A DNA stretch of 63,995 bases, the filler included, from Octopus bimaculoides (Eukaryota): assembly GCF_001194135.2 (NCBI RefSeq). It is 9 parts of 9 records of this genome, joined end to end, with 100 filler letters (N's around TTAATTAATTAA, not from the genome) between each part and the next. Parts side by side here need not be neighbours in the genome. Positions count along the whole stretch, not along the records: positions 1 to 15,166 come from NC_068994.1; positions 15,267 to 20,690 come from NC_068999.1; positions 20,791 to 25,809 come from NC_068983.1; positions 25,910 to 27,521 come from NW_026296993.1; 5 more parts are not named here. One strand, given 5' to 3'. Shown one piece after another: positions 13,250 to 26,909 of the stretch. The translations under genes and the position numbers were made by a program. A model generated the notes under the pieces. It made no database searches, was not told the DNA's origin, and worked only from the letters and a program-made list of their open reading frames with translations. Position 1 is the stretch's first letter. Every line of letters begins with the position of its first letter.

Positions 13250-14880
13250 AGAGGCTCGATTTATCCACTAGCGGTGAGTGCTTGATTGTAATTGGGTGCG
13301 TGGTTATTGAAAATTTCCTCAGTGGAAGAGAGGTCAGATATACGGGTTGAGATACCCTTGATTATGTTAGCAAAAATGAATTTGTGGTGATTGGAATGAA
13401 TGTTTAGGTATTTAAGATATTGGTTAGATTTGTGGTAAGGGAAGTATTGGGAGGTAGATAAGTTTAGAGTTACATCTAAAAAGTTAGAAGTTTTGTGAGA
13501 ATTTTTGAATGTGATAGGTTTAAGTTAGAGAAGAATTTGTGTAGATCCTTTCTAGTTCTTTCCAAGGAGGATTTATTTATGCTTTTGGTAGAGACCCCCC
13601 TGATGCTAGAGAAATGTATTTGGAGCTGGTGGAGTATGTATAGTCCAACCAGATCAGTGACCTGGGCAGAATCAGATGATCCCATGGTAATGTCAAATAA
13701 GTTGATTGGCTCGGCACCAGAGTTTGCCCTCAAAAGAAATAAGTGTTTTGCGGGCATTAAGGATTATGTTAATTTCCAGTGGGTTTAGGTTAGTTAGTTT
13801 CTTAGCTAGAAGAAGAACTTGATTTAGAAGTTTAGGAGAAATAGAAGAATAGTAATTATTTATGTCGAACTGTGGGAAAGAATAAGAGTTTTTGTTTAAG
13901 AGATGGAACCATGTAATAATTTCGCTAGTATAGGGCTATAAGTCGATGTTTAATATCTCCTTTATGACTGGTATTATTTTGTCCAAAATATTTTAGCTTA
14001 CCCTTCCTAAGTCTGATTTGGTGGGGGATATTAGGCATATCAATGGTTTTGGTTATAAAGTCTTTCTTATGACTCTTGAGGTTGAAGTGTGGAGGTGTAG
14101 GATGGTATGGTTCAGTTCGGTCATCCACTTGTAATTTCCTCATAAGTTTGCAGTGGTTGGTGTTGATGTCATTTAGGGCAGATGCTGGTGCCCTTTTGTA
14201 GGATGAATTTATTGTATTCCTTGATGGTAATGGGATACATATTTCCTGTTTTATCCAAGAAGACATGTAATTTAGGGGATGCAATGATTTGTTTTATGGT
14301 GTATGAAAATTCTTTTTGAAAGGGGGATTTATATTTGGAGAATTTGATGTTTCTAATCAAATGAAGCATATCTGCTTTGAATTTTTCGAGATGGAGGTTG
14401 TGTAGAGGGTGTTTATATGATTTGAGGTTGTAGGTGATGGTATTATTGTCATTTCTGTACTTTTGATTGTCGTGGAAGAAAGCTTCCCATTGCATTCTTC
14501 GGATGAGGTCCTTAGTTTTTGTGAGGAGGAGTAAGAGGAAAGTCTTTTGTGAAGGAATAGGTGTGTCCTTAAGAGAAATGCCAGGGAATTGTTTATCCAT
14601 TATAAAAGTGTTACCTGAGATAAGTGCTTATAATAGCAAGAAATCAAGGGTATGAAAGGTATTGGTGTCAAGAAGACCCAAAATGTATCGGGTAAACGTT
14701 AAGTAAGTGCTATGGATAGACCATGGTTAAGCTCCAGGCTCAGTAATGATACGAGTGAGGAGTCCAATGCAGGTCATGTACTGGCGTGCATATATATATA
14801 AAAATTGACAGTAAACGCCTTACAGCTGTTTCCGGGATATTTTATATATCCCTTCATCAGAGACAGTGTGAGAAAATGTT
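13250..14880 (-). mobile_element. Second, distinct Penelope-like element (5' pLTR plus RT; 3'-truncated, no endonuclease seen)
   Basis: MDKQFPG…LIRRMQWEAFF…DKTGNMY; FDITMGSSDSAQVTDLVGLYIL; NFLDVTLNL…PYHKSN…IHSNH…RISDLSSTEEIF…ALTASG; hammerhead upstream on the same strand. Confidence 0.85.
14816..14865 (-). ncRNA. Type I hammerhead ribozyme (minimal, PLE-type)
   Basis: RNA: ugucu CUGAUGA a gggauau auaaa auauccc g GAAAC AGCU GUA aggcg. Stem I is 5 bp (2 G-U), stem II 7 bp, with a palindromic AGCU loop; predicted cleavage between 14821 and 14820. Confidence 0.85.
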
Positions 14881-14917
14881 TGAGTATTAATTATTGTAAA
14901 GAAGATATGAAATACAG

Positions 14918-15163
14918 AGGGAAATAAGAGAATCCTGGAAACAGTTGTAAGACTTTTTCTCAATAAATGTGATGAAATCTATTTACTGCCTTGGTTTTTT
15001 TTATCTCATTCTGTCAATTGTTATATATATGCCTGTTAATACATGACCCATGTTGGACCCCTCACATGTGTCATTATCGAGCCTGGAGCTTAACCATAGC
15101 ACTTACTTAGCATTTACCCAATACCTTTTGAGTTTTCCTGACACCAATACCTTTCATACCCTA
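14918..15163 (+). repeat. Inverted copy of the PLE 5' region (head-to-head pLTR) with a coreless HHR remnant
   Basis: About 15020-15163 is the reverse complement of ~14647-14810 (…gagcctggagcttaaccat…gacaccaatacctttcataccc); ggaaacagttgta remnant at ~14938-14950. Confidence 0.8.
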
Positions 15164-15266
15164 TATNNNNNNNNNNNNNNNNNNNNNNNNNNNNNNNNNN
15201 NNNNNNNNNNTTAATTAATTAANNNNNNNNNNNNNNNNNNNNNNNNNNNNNNNNNNNNNNNNNNNN

Positions 15267-15302
<36 letters not shown>

Positions 15303-16088
15303 TCACATGTATATTATATACCTATACACAGACACACAGATATGTGTGTGTATGTGTGTGTATGTGTGTGTGTGTGTTTGTGTGTGCATGTGTGTCACTG
15401 TGTGTGTTTGTGTATATATATGTATTGTAGGGGTGAGGGCATTGAACGTTCCGGTTAAGTTGAAAAAGTTCACCATGTTCCCCACGATTGTTCCATGAAA
15501 ATGATGTCAGCTGAACCGACATTTAACGTACTTGGTGAATCAAAAAAAAATCAAAAAAGGAAAAAAGGAAAGAAGAAAAATAAGAGTAAAACCAACAACA
15601 AAAACAGCAACAACATAAAACACAATATCAATTTATCGTCTTAGAATCAGTTGCCGTTCTTCAGCGAATCAAAAGTTAAAGGAAACAGCTTCCATTCTCA
15701 GACGATTCGGAAGCTCCCATTATTATTGTTGTTGTAGCGTAATTATATGTTACAGGCTCATAAGTATGAAATCGTTGGTGCAAGTTCGGTTATGCTAACC
15801 AATATTTACTGAGTAACCTTAAGACGCTGGAATTCTCAAAGCGGAAAAAAAAAATGAAGCAAAAGCAAAAATGACTAACAGAGATCAACTGATCCGAATA
15901 TTCCTCCCATTCATTTGATTAATGACTCATCAATCCACATGAGAGACAGTTTATTAGGTTCGACGTTTGATAGAAGTCATTGTTGACTGAATGCTAACAA
16001 AAGGAGGAGTTTTGTGACATTGCAGTGAGTGAGGGAGACTGGCTTATTTCGGAGCAGATATTAAATGGAGAAGACACCTTGTATCCAG

Positions 16089-16139
<51 letters not shown>

Positions 16140-16149
16140 NNNNNNNNNN

Positions 16150-16197
<48 letters not shown>

Positions 16198-16236
16198 TAC
16201 ACAAACACATATATATAAATACATGCATACATACGT

Positions 16237-16289
<53 letters not shown>

Positions 16290-16430
16290 AAGATGATAGA
16301 TAGATATGAAGGAAACAAAAAATGGAGCTCACGAGAATCTTTATGCACCACAACGATCGTTTCAACCCGTGCTGCATCGGTTACTTACCTAAAGTCCAAA
16401 GAATTACTTATATAAATATGTATATATGTA

Positions 16431-16489
<59 letters not shown>

Positions 16490-17301
16490 NNNNNNNNNNN
16501 NNNNNNNNNNNNNNNNNNNNNNNNNNNNNNNNNNNNNNNNNNNNNNNNNNNNNNNNNNNNNNNNNNNNNNNNNNNNNNNNNNNNNNNNNNNNNNNNNNNN
16601 NNNNNNNNNNNNNNNNNNNNNNNNNNNNNNNNNNNNNNNNNNNNNNNNNNNNNNNNNNNNNNNNNNNNNNNNNNNNNNNNNNNNNNNNNNNNNNNNNNNN
16701 NNNNNNNNNNNNNNNNNNNNNNNNNNNNNNNNNNNNNNNNNNNNNNNNNNNNNNNNNNNNNNNNNNNNNNNNNNNNNNNNNNNNNNNNNNNNNNNNNNNN
16801 NNNNNNNNNNNNNNNNNNNNNNNNNNNNNNNNNNNNNNNNNNNNNNNNNNNNNNNNNNNNNNNNNNNNNNNNNNNNNNNNNNNNNNNNNNNNNNNNNNNN
16901 NNNNNNNNNNNNNNNNNNNNNNNNNNNNNNNNNNNNNNNNNNNNNNNNNNNNNNNNNNNNNNNNNNNNNNNNNNNNNNNNNNNNNNNNNNNNNNNNNNNN
17001 NNNNNNNNNNNNNNNNNNNNNNNNNNNNNNNNNNNNNNNNNNNNNNNNNNNNNNNNNNNNNNNNNNNNNNNNNNNNNNNNNNNNNNNNNNNNNNNNNNNN
17101 NNNNNNNNNNNNNNNNNNNNNNNNNNNNNNNNNNNNNNNNNNNNNNNNNNNNNNNNNNNNNNNNNNNNNNNNNNNNNNNNNNNNNNATATATATATATAT
17201 ATATATAACAAATCACATTACACAACTCAACACACTCACAATGCTTCGCAGAATCATACATTATAATACAATAACCTTACAAAACACATCACAATGTAAC
17301 A

Positions 17302-17341
<40 letters not shown>

Positions 17342-18658
17342 GCTACCACTGTGGTCTTCTCATTCAGCTAGCAGCGGTGACGGCGGTTGCCGTGACGGCG
17401 CAGGCGGCGGCGGCGGCGGCGGCACATCATAACATAACTGCCTGTCAGATTGCTACCACCACAACACAAGTAAAATGATTGAATTCAGATAAAAGTTCAT
17501 TTTATTTATTCTCAATTATGGCTTCAATTAATCTATATTGAAAGAGTACGGCATAGATTTTACAGAGAAAACGTTACGTAGTTTGTCTGACCTATATATA
17601 TATATATACATACATACGTATACATATATATNNNNNNNNNNNNNNNNNNNNNNNNNNNNNNNNNNNNNNNNNNNNNNNNNNNNNNNNNNNNNNNNNNNNN
17701 NNNNNNNNNNNNNNNNNNNNNNNNNNNNNNNNNNNNNNNNNNNNNNNNNNNNNNNNNNNNNNNNNNNNNNNNNNNNNNNNNNNNNNNNNNNNNNNNNNNN
17801 NNNNNNNNNNNNNNNNNNNNNNNNNNNNNNNNNNNNNNNNNNNNNNNNNNNNNNNNNNNNNNNNNNNNNNNNNNNNNNNNNNNNNNNNNNNNNNNNNNNN
17901 NNNNNNNNNNNNNNNNNNNNNNNNNNNNNNNNNNNNNNNNNNNNNNNNNNNNNNNNNNNNNNNNNNNNNNNNNNNNNNNNNNNNNNNNNNNNNNNNNNNN
18001 NNNNNNNNNNNNNNNNNNNNNNNNNNNNNNNNNNNNNNNNNNNNNNNNNNNNNNNNNNNNNNNNNNNNNNNNNNNNNNNNNNNNNNNNNNNNNNNNNNNN
18101 NNNNNNNNNNNNNNNNNNNNNNNNNNNNNNNNNNNNNNNNNNNNNNNNNNNNNNNNNNNNNNNNNNNNNNNNNNNNNNNNNNNNNNNNNNNNNNNNNNNN
18201 NNNNNNNNNNNNNNNNNNNNNNNNNNNNNNNNNNNNNNNNNNNNNNNNNNNNNNNNNNNNNNNNNNNNNNNNNNNNNNNNNNNNNNNNNNNNNNNNNNNN
18301 NNNNNNNNNNNNNNNNNNNNNNNNNNNNNNNNNNNNNNNNNNNNNNNNNNNNNNNNNNNNNNNNNNNNNNNNNNNNNNNNNNNNNNNNNNNNNNNNNNNN
18401 NNNNNNNNNNNNNNNNNNNNNNNNNNNNNNNNNNNNNNNNNNNNNNNNNNNNNNNNNNNNNNNNNNNNNNNNNNNNNNNNNNNNNNNNNNNNNNNNNNNN
18501 NNNNNNNNNNNNNNNNNNNNNNNNNNNNNNNNNNNNAGGTGTTGCTGTTTAATCTAAGGTCAGTATTGAACATAATTCCAGTTTTAAACATCTCCAAATC
18601 TAAATATTGTAAACAATGGCAATCTAGGTATCGTACCTAATATATATATACACAATGT

Positions 18659-18840
18659 GAAGGCGGCAGAAACGTTAGCACGCCGGGCGAAATGCTTAGC
18701 GGTATTTCGTCTGTCTTTACGTTCTGAGTTCAAATTCCTCCGAGGTCGACTTTGCCTTTCCTCCTTTCGGGGTCGATCTAATCGACTGGTTCACTCACCC
18801 AAAATTTCGGGCCTTGTGCCTGCAGTAGAAAAGAATATAT
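18659..18840 (+). mobile_element. SINE family B
   Basis: aaggcggcagaaacgttagcacgccgggcgaaatgcttagc…ttctgagttcaaatt…gccttgtgcctgcagtagaaaag. Confidence 0.85.
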
Positions 18841-19402
18841 ACACAATGTCGATAGGCAAGTTACTGCTGTATCTGTGTTAAAAGCATCTCCTATAAACTC
18901 GCTGTGTTAAAAGCTCAATAAATACCAGATGGAAGGTAAAATCCGTCCCAACAGGAGTGTCGTGTTCACTAAAATAAACTGTGCTCTATATTTTTTTCAA
19001 TCGAAGTATCATAAGTTTATGTGATAATGTTTATATTTAGGTTTTAAATACTTCAGAGTACAGTCGTAGCAAAAAGTCTGGAACATATTTTTAAAAATCA
19101 AAATTGCTATGCCCAAGTACAATTCGATTCAAATTCAAACAACGTAGAGATATACTTAGCTAATAACTAATCCAATGTTTCAGTTCTATTTTTCATACCT
19201 ATGTTCCACGGGAGTATTTCAAACCGATATAAATTTGTCAATAAATGAAACAATGTGAACATCTAGTAATGTTATGTTTATAGTTCTGCAGGACATATCT
19301 ACAGAAACTGATCCCGGCTGCAGATATTGTAAATAAATATTTGATGTTTTCAACTATCTGTTGCATGAAAAGTCGTCTAAAGATGCATCTCTCTGTCTCT
19401 TT

Positions 19403-19445
<43 letters not shown>

Positions 19446-20498
19446 NNNNNNNNNNNNNNNNNNNNNNNNNNNNNNNNNNNNNNNNNNNNNNNNNNNNNNN
19501 NNNNNNNNNNNNNNNNNNNNNNNNNNNNNNNNNNNNNNNNNNNNNNNNNNNNNNNNNNNNNNNNNNNNNNNNNNNNNNNNNNNNNNNNNNNNNNNNNNNN
19601 NNNNNNNNNNNNNNNNNNNNNNNNNNNNNNNNNNNNNNNNNNNNNNNNNNNNNNNNNNNNNNNNNNNNNNNNNNNNNNNNNNNNNNNNNNNNNNNNNNNN
19701 NNNNNNNNNNNNNNNNNNNNNNNNNNNNNNNNNNNNNNNNNNNNNNNNNNNNNNNNNNNNNNNNNNNNNNNNNNNNNNNNNNNNNNNNNNNNNNNNNNNN
19801 NNNNNNNNNNNNNNNNNNNNNNNNNNNNNNNNNNNNNNNNNNNNNNNNNNNNNNNNNNNNNNNNNNNNNNNNNNNNNNNNNNNNNNNNNNNNNNNNNNNN
19901 NNNNNNNNNNNNNNNNNNNNNNNNNNNNNNNNNNNNNNNNNNNNNNNNNNNNNNNNNNNNNNNNNNNNNNNNNNNNNNNNNNNNNNNNNNNNNNNNNNNN
20001 NNNNNNNNNNNNNNNNTATATATATATATATATATATATATATTACAAGAAGTAGTAACATATGGTTGAACATAGCGAGTAAGTCTTCTTATGAGCTGAA
20101 GCTTAATATTATTTCGTATTGAAAACTGGAATATAATGTGCTGAGATGACATTAGCCTAGATTAATAAATTATGAAACTGTAAAGATAATGTCAAAAACA
20201 AAAAAGCTATATAAAAAATGAATAACTATAATAAAAAGAAGAATATTGAAATAAATAAAGTAGGAGTTTTATCGATGTATATCAGTGGCACTGTTTGAGT
20301 GTATACACACCCCACCACCCTGCTAGGTATATACACCCCACCACCCTGCTAGGTAAGATGTATAATGTATAAATTTTGGTAGGTTTACGTACAGATATGT
20401 AAAACATTTTTAGATAAATTTAAACCATTCATTTCAGAAATAAATATCATATATTTAAATGACAGTTGTATATGTGTAGAAATATATATATATATATA

Positions 20499-20659
20499 CA
20501 GGATTGGCTGTGTTGTAAGTAGCTTGCTTGCCAACCACATGGTTCCGGGTTCAGTCCCACTGCGTGGCAACTTGGGCAAGTGTTTTCTACTATAGCCTCG
20601 GGCCGACCAAAGCCTTGTGAGTGGATTTGGTAGACGGAAACTGAAAGAAGCCAGTCGTA

Positions 20660-20670
<11 letters not shown>
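20499..20670 (+). mobile_element. SINE family A, 5' half running into (TA)n and a gap
   Basis: Matches 9576-9730. Confidence 0.85.
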
Positions 20671-20690
<20 letters not shown>

Positions 20691-20790
20691 NNNNNNNNNN
20701 NNNNNNNNNNNNNNNNNNNNNNNNNNNNNNNNNNTTAATTAATTAANNNNNNNNNNNNNNNNNNNNNNNNNNNNNNNNNNNNNNNNNNNN

Positions 20791-20854
<64 letters not shown>

Positions 20855-21750
20855 GAGGGAGAGAAAGAGAGAGAGAGAGAGAGAGAAAACAGACGAGGTC
20901 CAAGGATTCTCGATATAGAATGCACTTGATAGCGCTCAAATGATTCGGACTCAGACCCCGATGTCTTTACGAGGGACCAATTCTGCAGTGTAAAGAGTGG
21001 CTATAAGAGGAATCCAGGTGCGCAGATATGGAGGCAATTATGCAGATCAGCAAATTAGATATGCCTGGTCACTTTCTCCTTTATCGTCTTGTTATCGTTT
21101 GACCCTTGCTGATCCATTACTGAACATACATATGACCAAAGGCATTCCAGATGGTACCGGCTCCCTTTTGTTTAAATACATAATATACTTCGAACTACAT
21201 TATCACATGTGTCCTTGATGACAGATACGGTTTGAAGGAAATTTCGTTGCTATTTCAAGCAATACAAATGACTGACCACCCAGAGTCTCCTTCACTGACT
21301 GTCATTTAATGATAGTGACAGTTATAGTTCAGTGTCATATCTCAAAGAGATTTCTCAAACAGTAGTATGGTGTTTGTCGATCAAACACTTTAGGAGATGC
21401 CAAGCTTCAATTTTAGTCGACCACCTCTTCATACCATTCCTACCTCCCATATTTACTTTCAGTGTATATTTTGTACGTTAAACAATCATTTGTCGAGTTA
21501 CCTTCGCATGTCTTTTTCTTTTGTTATTTTCTCCTTATTTTATATGTTTTACTTTATATACCACCTGAACATTACAAAGAAAGTCAACGCCATTTGCTTT
21601 AAATATAGAATAGAACTACAACATTAAAACAGACTACGAAGTCAAAAACAGAAGGAAACATAAACATTGACATACGCTTACATGCATACGTACGTACATA
21701 CATACACACATACATACAAGCATGTATATATACTCAGATACATATACGTT

Positions 21751-21803
<53 letters not shown>

Positions 21804-22439
21804 ACACACATACACCTATATATATGCCTGTTTTTATGTATGCATGGGCATACCGATGTATGTTTGTATATGTGTATATGCATTTATACATGTATGTATG
21901 TATGTATGTATGTATGTATGTATGTGTGTATGTATGTATGTATGTATGTATGTATAAAGGGGTTTTAACAGGCCTGGTAGTTTGTTAGTCGTCGGAATGC
22001 GATGGAGTAAAATAAATCTTGAAGGTGTTTACTGATTCAATGATAGTTTCAACAAACGATAGCTTATTTGATTTCAGTTCTTTCTTTCTTATTATTTCTT
22101 TCTTTCCAGCAACCATCAGTCAAAAATGTGTGAAAACCCCTCCAAATCGCACATAGTGACGTTGAAACGCCGAGCGAAATGCACACAATTGCTGAATTCT
22201 TGGTATGGGAAACTGTACAGAAGTAACTGAAAATGTCAGGAGTCTTAAGATGTGCCAAGATTTCACAAGGAGCTGTAAGATTTTATAATGGAAAAAAAAG
22301 AATACCAGCAGATATCTATTATTTTTGTGTGTGCTGCTGCATGGCTAAAATTCACCTTGATTGCCGGTTGTATGTTCGGAATGTTTAGAGTCAAATGTAG
22401 GATGTAGGTACTCACTTACTCACTCACTCACTCATTCCT

Positions 22440-22640
<201 letters not shown>

Positions 22641-22733
22641 CTTTCATTCAGTCACTCACTCAAACACTTATGCACATGTACATATATACATATATGTATA
22701 CACATATTTGAATTTATATAAATACACACACAG

Positions 22734-22810
<77 letters not shown>

Positions 22811-24454
22811 CACGCGCACACACATATATAGATATGTATACATATATATATGTATGTGTTTATTGTTCCGTTAAGGTAGGATCAACAAAAAAAAAGGACT
22901 CCATCCAGTGAGAGATAAATAACTTTTAATGTACACACCATTTAAAATAAGAGCTACAAATAGTTTCTTGCCATAGAGACACTGAGATTAGACAGATTTA
23001 TATAACGTGCCTAGTATCTCCAGCAATCTTCGGGCTCACGACACGTGGTTAGTTCTGTTTGAAAACCAGGACGTATCTACATGCGAAATCATGAGAAGGT
23101 TGAAGCAAAAAATGGAATGAGAAGGCAAAAGGTAAATAAAAACTGAAAAGGTAAGGAAAGAATGGAAAGAAAATTGTGAGTTGTGTCTGCTTTAACCGTA
23201 GAAATCATAATTAATCTAGCTGGCGTAGAATAATTCAAAGGTGGGAAGTTCAAAAGCTTGCGAGACAGCTGTTCAATCCGGAGAGGGTGAGTCCGCCAGT
23301 TCGACAAAAGAAATTTGTTCATGTTCTAGCGTTTGCAGAAAATTTTGGATCTGTAATTAAGTAAATAAGTTGCATCCGTTTGGTCCATGTGCGCGTGCGT
23401 GTGCGTGTGTTTATCCGTCTATAGGGAGGAACATCGTTTATATGTTTCGTTAAAATCACGACAGTATTCGAATTTCGTCTTTTTTGTTATAGACTATATA
23501 TTTTGTTATTAGTTTTTTTTTTGCAGTTAGTTTGGAACAATAAAGTTTCGGAATCCATATTCAAGGTTTCCAGGTCTCCACAGTCGCACTTTCAAGAAAC
23601 GAAATAAGTTAGGCGTCCGCGTAGCTTTTTATATACTGGTTGAATTCTTACACTCTTTTCCGGCAATTTTTCTTTTTTATCGTTAGAATTCTACGTTAGC
23701 AACTATATGTTTGTTCTGTTAGAGGCAAGTTTTTTTTACCGTTACATTTCCGTGTCATTAGCCAGTGTAAATCTTTTGAAGGAAGTTTTGTTTGCATGTT
23801 TATTCCGGAATTGTATTGCGAAATGAATATGGCTTCCATGACTAAATTCTTAATTTTTGTCATAAACGTTATAGGGTATGCAAGTATTATTCTTTAGTAT
23901 TTTTCAAATATAACTTTGTCTTGTGGTGCGTACTATAGTGCATTGCGATCGCTCTTTGTTGTAAATGCATGGCGTTGTACTTCTATGTGCGATGTAACAG
24001 TTGGAGTCTTGAAGTTTGCAACTTTTAGTTTTAAAATCAAATTTCTAGATTTCATTGATTATCACTAACTTGCTCTTGTCTTTGCATGTTCATGGTGCGT
24101 TATTGAAAAAGAGGTTTTAGTTTTAGTGCTTTTGTATTAAGTTTATGGTCGGGTGTAATGCGCGTTGTGTTCCGGTCTATGAGGTTTTTTATTATTCATT
24201 CATTTGTCCAATAGCTGTTATGCATTTGATTCCTACAACAATTTTTTTGTGTATTTTTATTGGATATATTTTCTGAGGTGTTTAGTGTATTATATTTGTA
24301 CTTGTATACTTCTATACCTCGCCTTACTTCTCGGTTTGGATATCAACCGAATACTCTGGATGGTGCCCGAAAATGAAGGGGTATTACCTTAGTTCACTAG
24401 TAGTGAACAGCTGACACCGTAGTACATCTCTAGCGTTAGCAGTTGTGCAGAGAC

Positions 24455-24505
<51 letters not shown>

Positions 24506-24599
24506 CCTTTCTACTAAGGATTTAGTAGAAATTTGTGGGGCGGGGAGGGGACTAAATAATAATATTCTCTTCAAACGGATAAGAAGCAAGAAAATAATA

Positions 24600-25010
24600 A
24601 ACTAGACATAATAATAGACGAGAAAAAACGAAGTTGTCAATTAATTTGCTCCATCATTTCCGCTTGATTCCAGAATTGTAAAGAAAGAGGATGAAAAATT
24701 AAAAACTCAATCCTTTAAACTTTGAAATTGCAAGAATTTGGAGTACAGAGACCGTAAATATTGTACCTGTAATAATTGGTGCATTGGAAACTATAAATGA
24801 AGATATAGACAAATGGTTGAAGGTGATTGGAATAGAATGTCCTGTAGAGCTTCGTCAGAAAGTTTGCTTTTTAGGAACAGGAAAGATTATCAGGAGGGCT
24901 TTAAGCACTTGAAAAACTATTGAAAGCTTGTGGATACCTAAGGTTTGCTACCTACATAAATTCTACCAGGAATAAGAACATACCTGAGTCAAATGAATAA
25001 TGGCAATAAT
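24600..25010 (+). mobile_element. R4/Dong-clade LINE 3' fragment (restriction-like endonuclease C-terminus plus 3' UTR)
   Basis: DIIIDEKKRSCQLI…FEIARIWSTETVNIVPVIIGALETINEDIDKWLKVIGIECPVELRQKVCFLGTGKIIRRALST*; ends caaatgaataat; (AAT)n tract at ~24455-24505. Confidence 0.8.
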
Positions 25011-25753
25011 AACCATCTATGCATCGTATTTAATGTTAATGCATCACTGAAAGACAAATTTACCACGATATTTACCCAGAAATAACATTTTGTTTAAAAA
25101 CACAATATATATCGGAGAGAGATAAATGTCATCCTAGCAGCGGCCTTGTTGAGCCTTGCCACTTGTGTGTACTCACAGTGGGCCACATGCTTACAGGAGC
25201 ATTGTTGCCTCCTGAATATAGGAAAACAGCGAAAAGTATTCTTTGATATTGTGAATAGCCGCCCGGCTGAATAAAATTCGTTATATGAAATAGAGACAGT
25301 GTTCAATCAATTTTCCTGAGTTGTTTAACTCTGCTCTATCACGTAGACCTATGTATGTACACACGCACATAACGAGCCGTCCCTCACACATGACTCGTCA
25401 CTACCTTTGTATACAAATGTACATACATACATACATATGTATAGAGAGGGAGAGAGAGAGGGGGATAGATAGATAGATATATACATACATACGTATGTAT
25501 GTATGTATGTATGCATGTATGTATGTATGTATCTATCTCCCCCTCTCTCTCTCTATGCATATATATATATACATATACATACATAAATACATAATACAAG
25601 CATATACATATACATACACACACACATATGTGTGTGTGTATCTGTGTCTCTGTGTGCATATTAAATATGTATGTTGAATATAAATTCACATACACATATG
25701 TGTGTGTATATATTTTTAATATATATTTATGTATGTTTAAGATGTGTGTGTGT

Positions 25754-25809
<56 letters not shown>

Positions 25810-26150
25810 NNNNNNNNNNNNNNNNNNNNNNNNNNNNNNNNNNNNNNNNNNNNTTAATTAATTAANNNNNNNNNNNNNNNNNNNNNNNNNNNNNNNNNNN
25901 NNNNNNNNNAACCCTTCAATACAAACACTGCGCTCGGAATCAAAAATAACACACAACTATTAAGACGATCAAACAAACTTACAAAAACAACAATCTCGAC
26001 CGTAACCAATTTTAAGATCAAGCCTCGACTGGCGTGAAATCGAGGTCAGCGACACATACCTAGAAATAATGACACCACAACCTCCCACAGAACACTACCT
26101 AGCAAAAATTTACTTCAGCCAGTTCACTTCGAGGCCGACCAAATGGACGG

Positions 26151-26233
26151 AACTTGATGAAGCTGCCCCGCCAATATTGCAAGGTTGTATCTGTAACAGT
26201 GAGTAGTCGCTGCAGTGGAAACACGTGCAGGTT
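26151..26233 (+). ncRNA. Degenerate type I hammerhead with enlarged stem II
   Basis: aac TTGATGA a gctgc…gcagt g GAAAC ACGT GCA ggtt; palindromic ACGT loop; lesions at C3 and U16.1. Confidence 0.55.
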
Positions 26234-26507
26234 ACTGTAATATGCGGTATATAACTATAACATATATTTTGCGGATGTACAAGTCTCTATACTCTTTATT
26301 AGTATTTATATTAACATTTACTCCGGGCAAGCTTTACAGTCCAGCGTGGAAAACACGGAATAACTCACCGGAAAATTCATGGAATGGCTTACAATTAATT
26401 GTAGACACAGATGTTGGGTACTGATTGTTGTGTTTAGCCGTCATTGGGAACTCAACTGAGAGCGAACACGGTATCCGTCCGGATAATATTATATATATAT
26501 ATATATA

Positions 26508-26557
<50 letters not shown>

Positions 26558-26634
26558 ACACAAAGGAAGAAGAATAAAAAAATGGAGATTGTGAAGTTAA
26601 TAAAAGTTTATTATCAACAACAAATGGAACAATA

Positions 26635-26717
26635 TCCCTTACAGCTGTTTCAATTATACACAGTGAAATTAATTAAATATGAAGTTCTTATTTCTGAGCA
26701 TAATCTCTTCTGAGGGA
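26635..26717 (-). ncRNA. Type I hammerhead, left arm (U4>A lesion)
   Basis: ucccu CAGAAGA gauuau [42 nt] auaauu GAAAC AGCU GUA aggga; perfect 5-bp stem I. Confidence 0.7.
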
Positions 26718-26825
26718 AAAATATACTTTTAGATGTTTTGTATATTTGTTTATACATTCATCACTGCAGAGTCTGCTATATGTGTATCTACAAACAAACA
26801 TACAAAACAGCTAAAGGTATATTTT

Positions 26826-26909
26826 TCCATCTGAAGAGATCATGTTCAGGAATATGAACTTAATATTAAATTAATTTCACTGTGTATAATTGAAACAACT
26901 GTGTAGGAT
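26826..26909 (+). ncRNA. Type I hammerhead, right arm (stem III/cleavage-site lesions)
   Basis: uccau CUGAAGA gaucau…auaauu GAAAC AACU GUGUA ggau. Confidence 0.6.

Noticed and set aside
16025-16087. Possible exon SEGDWLISEQILNGEDTLYP
   Set aside because: Weak donor running into (CA)n; no recognisable homology
17370-17432. GDGGC… resembling a GTPase P-loop
   Set aside because: No GKT/S; lies in a (GGC)n low-complexity tract
25177-25211. Minus-strand micro-exon candidate with ag/gtgagt signals
   Set aside because: Only 17-35 nt, no homology, opposite strand to the supported exon
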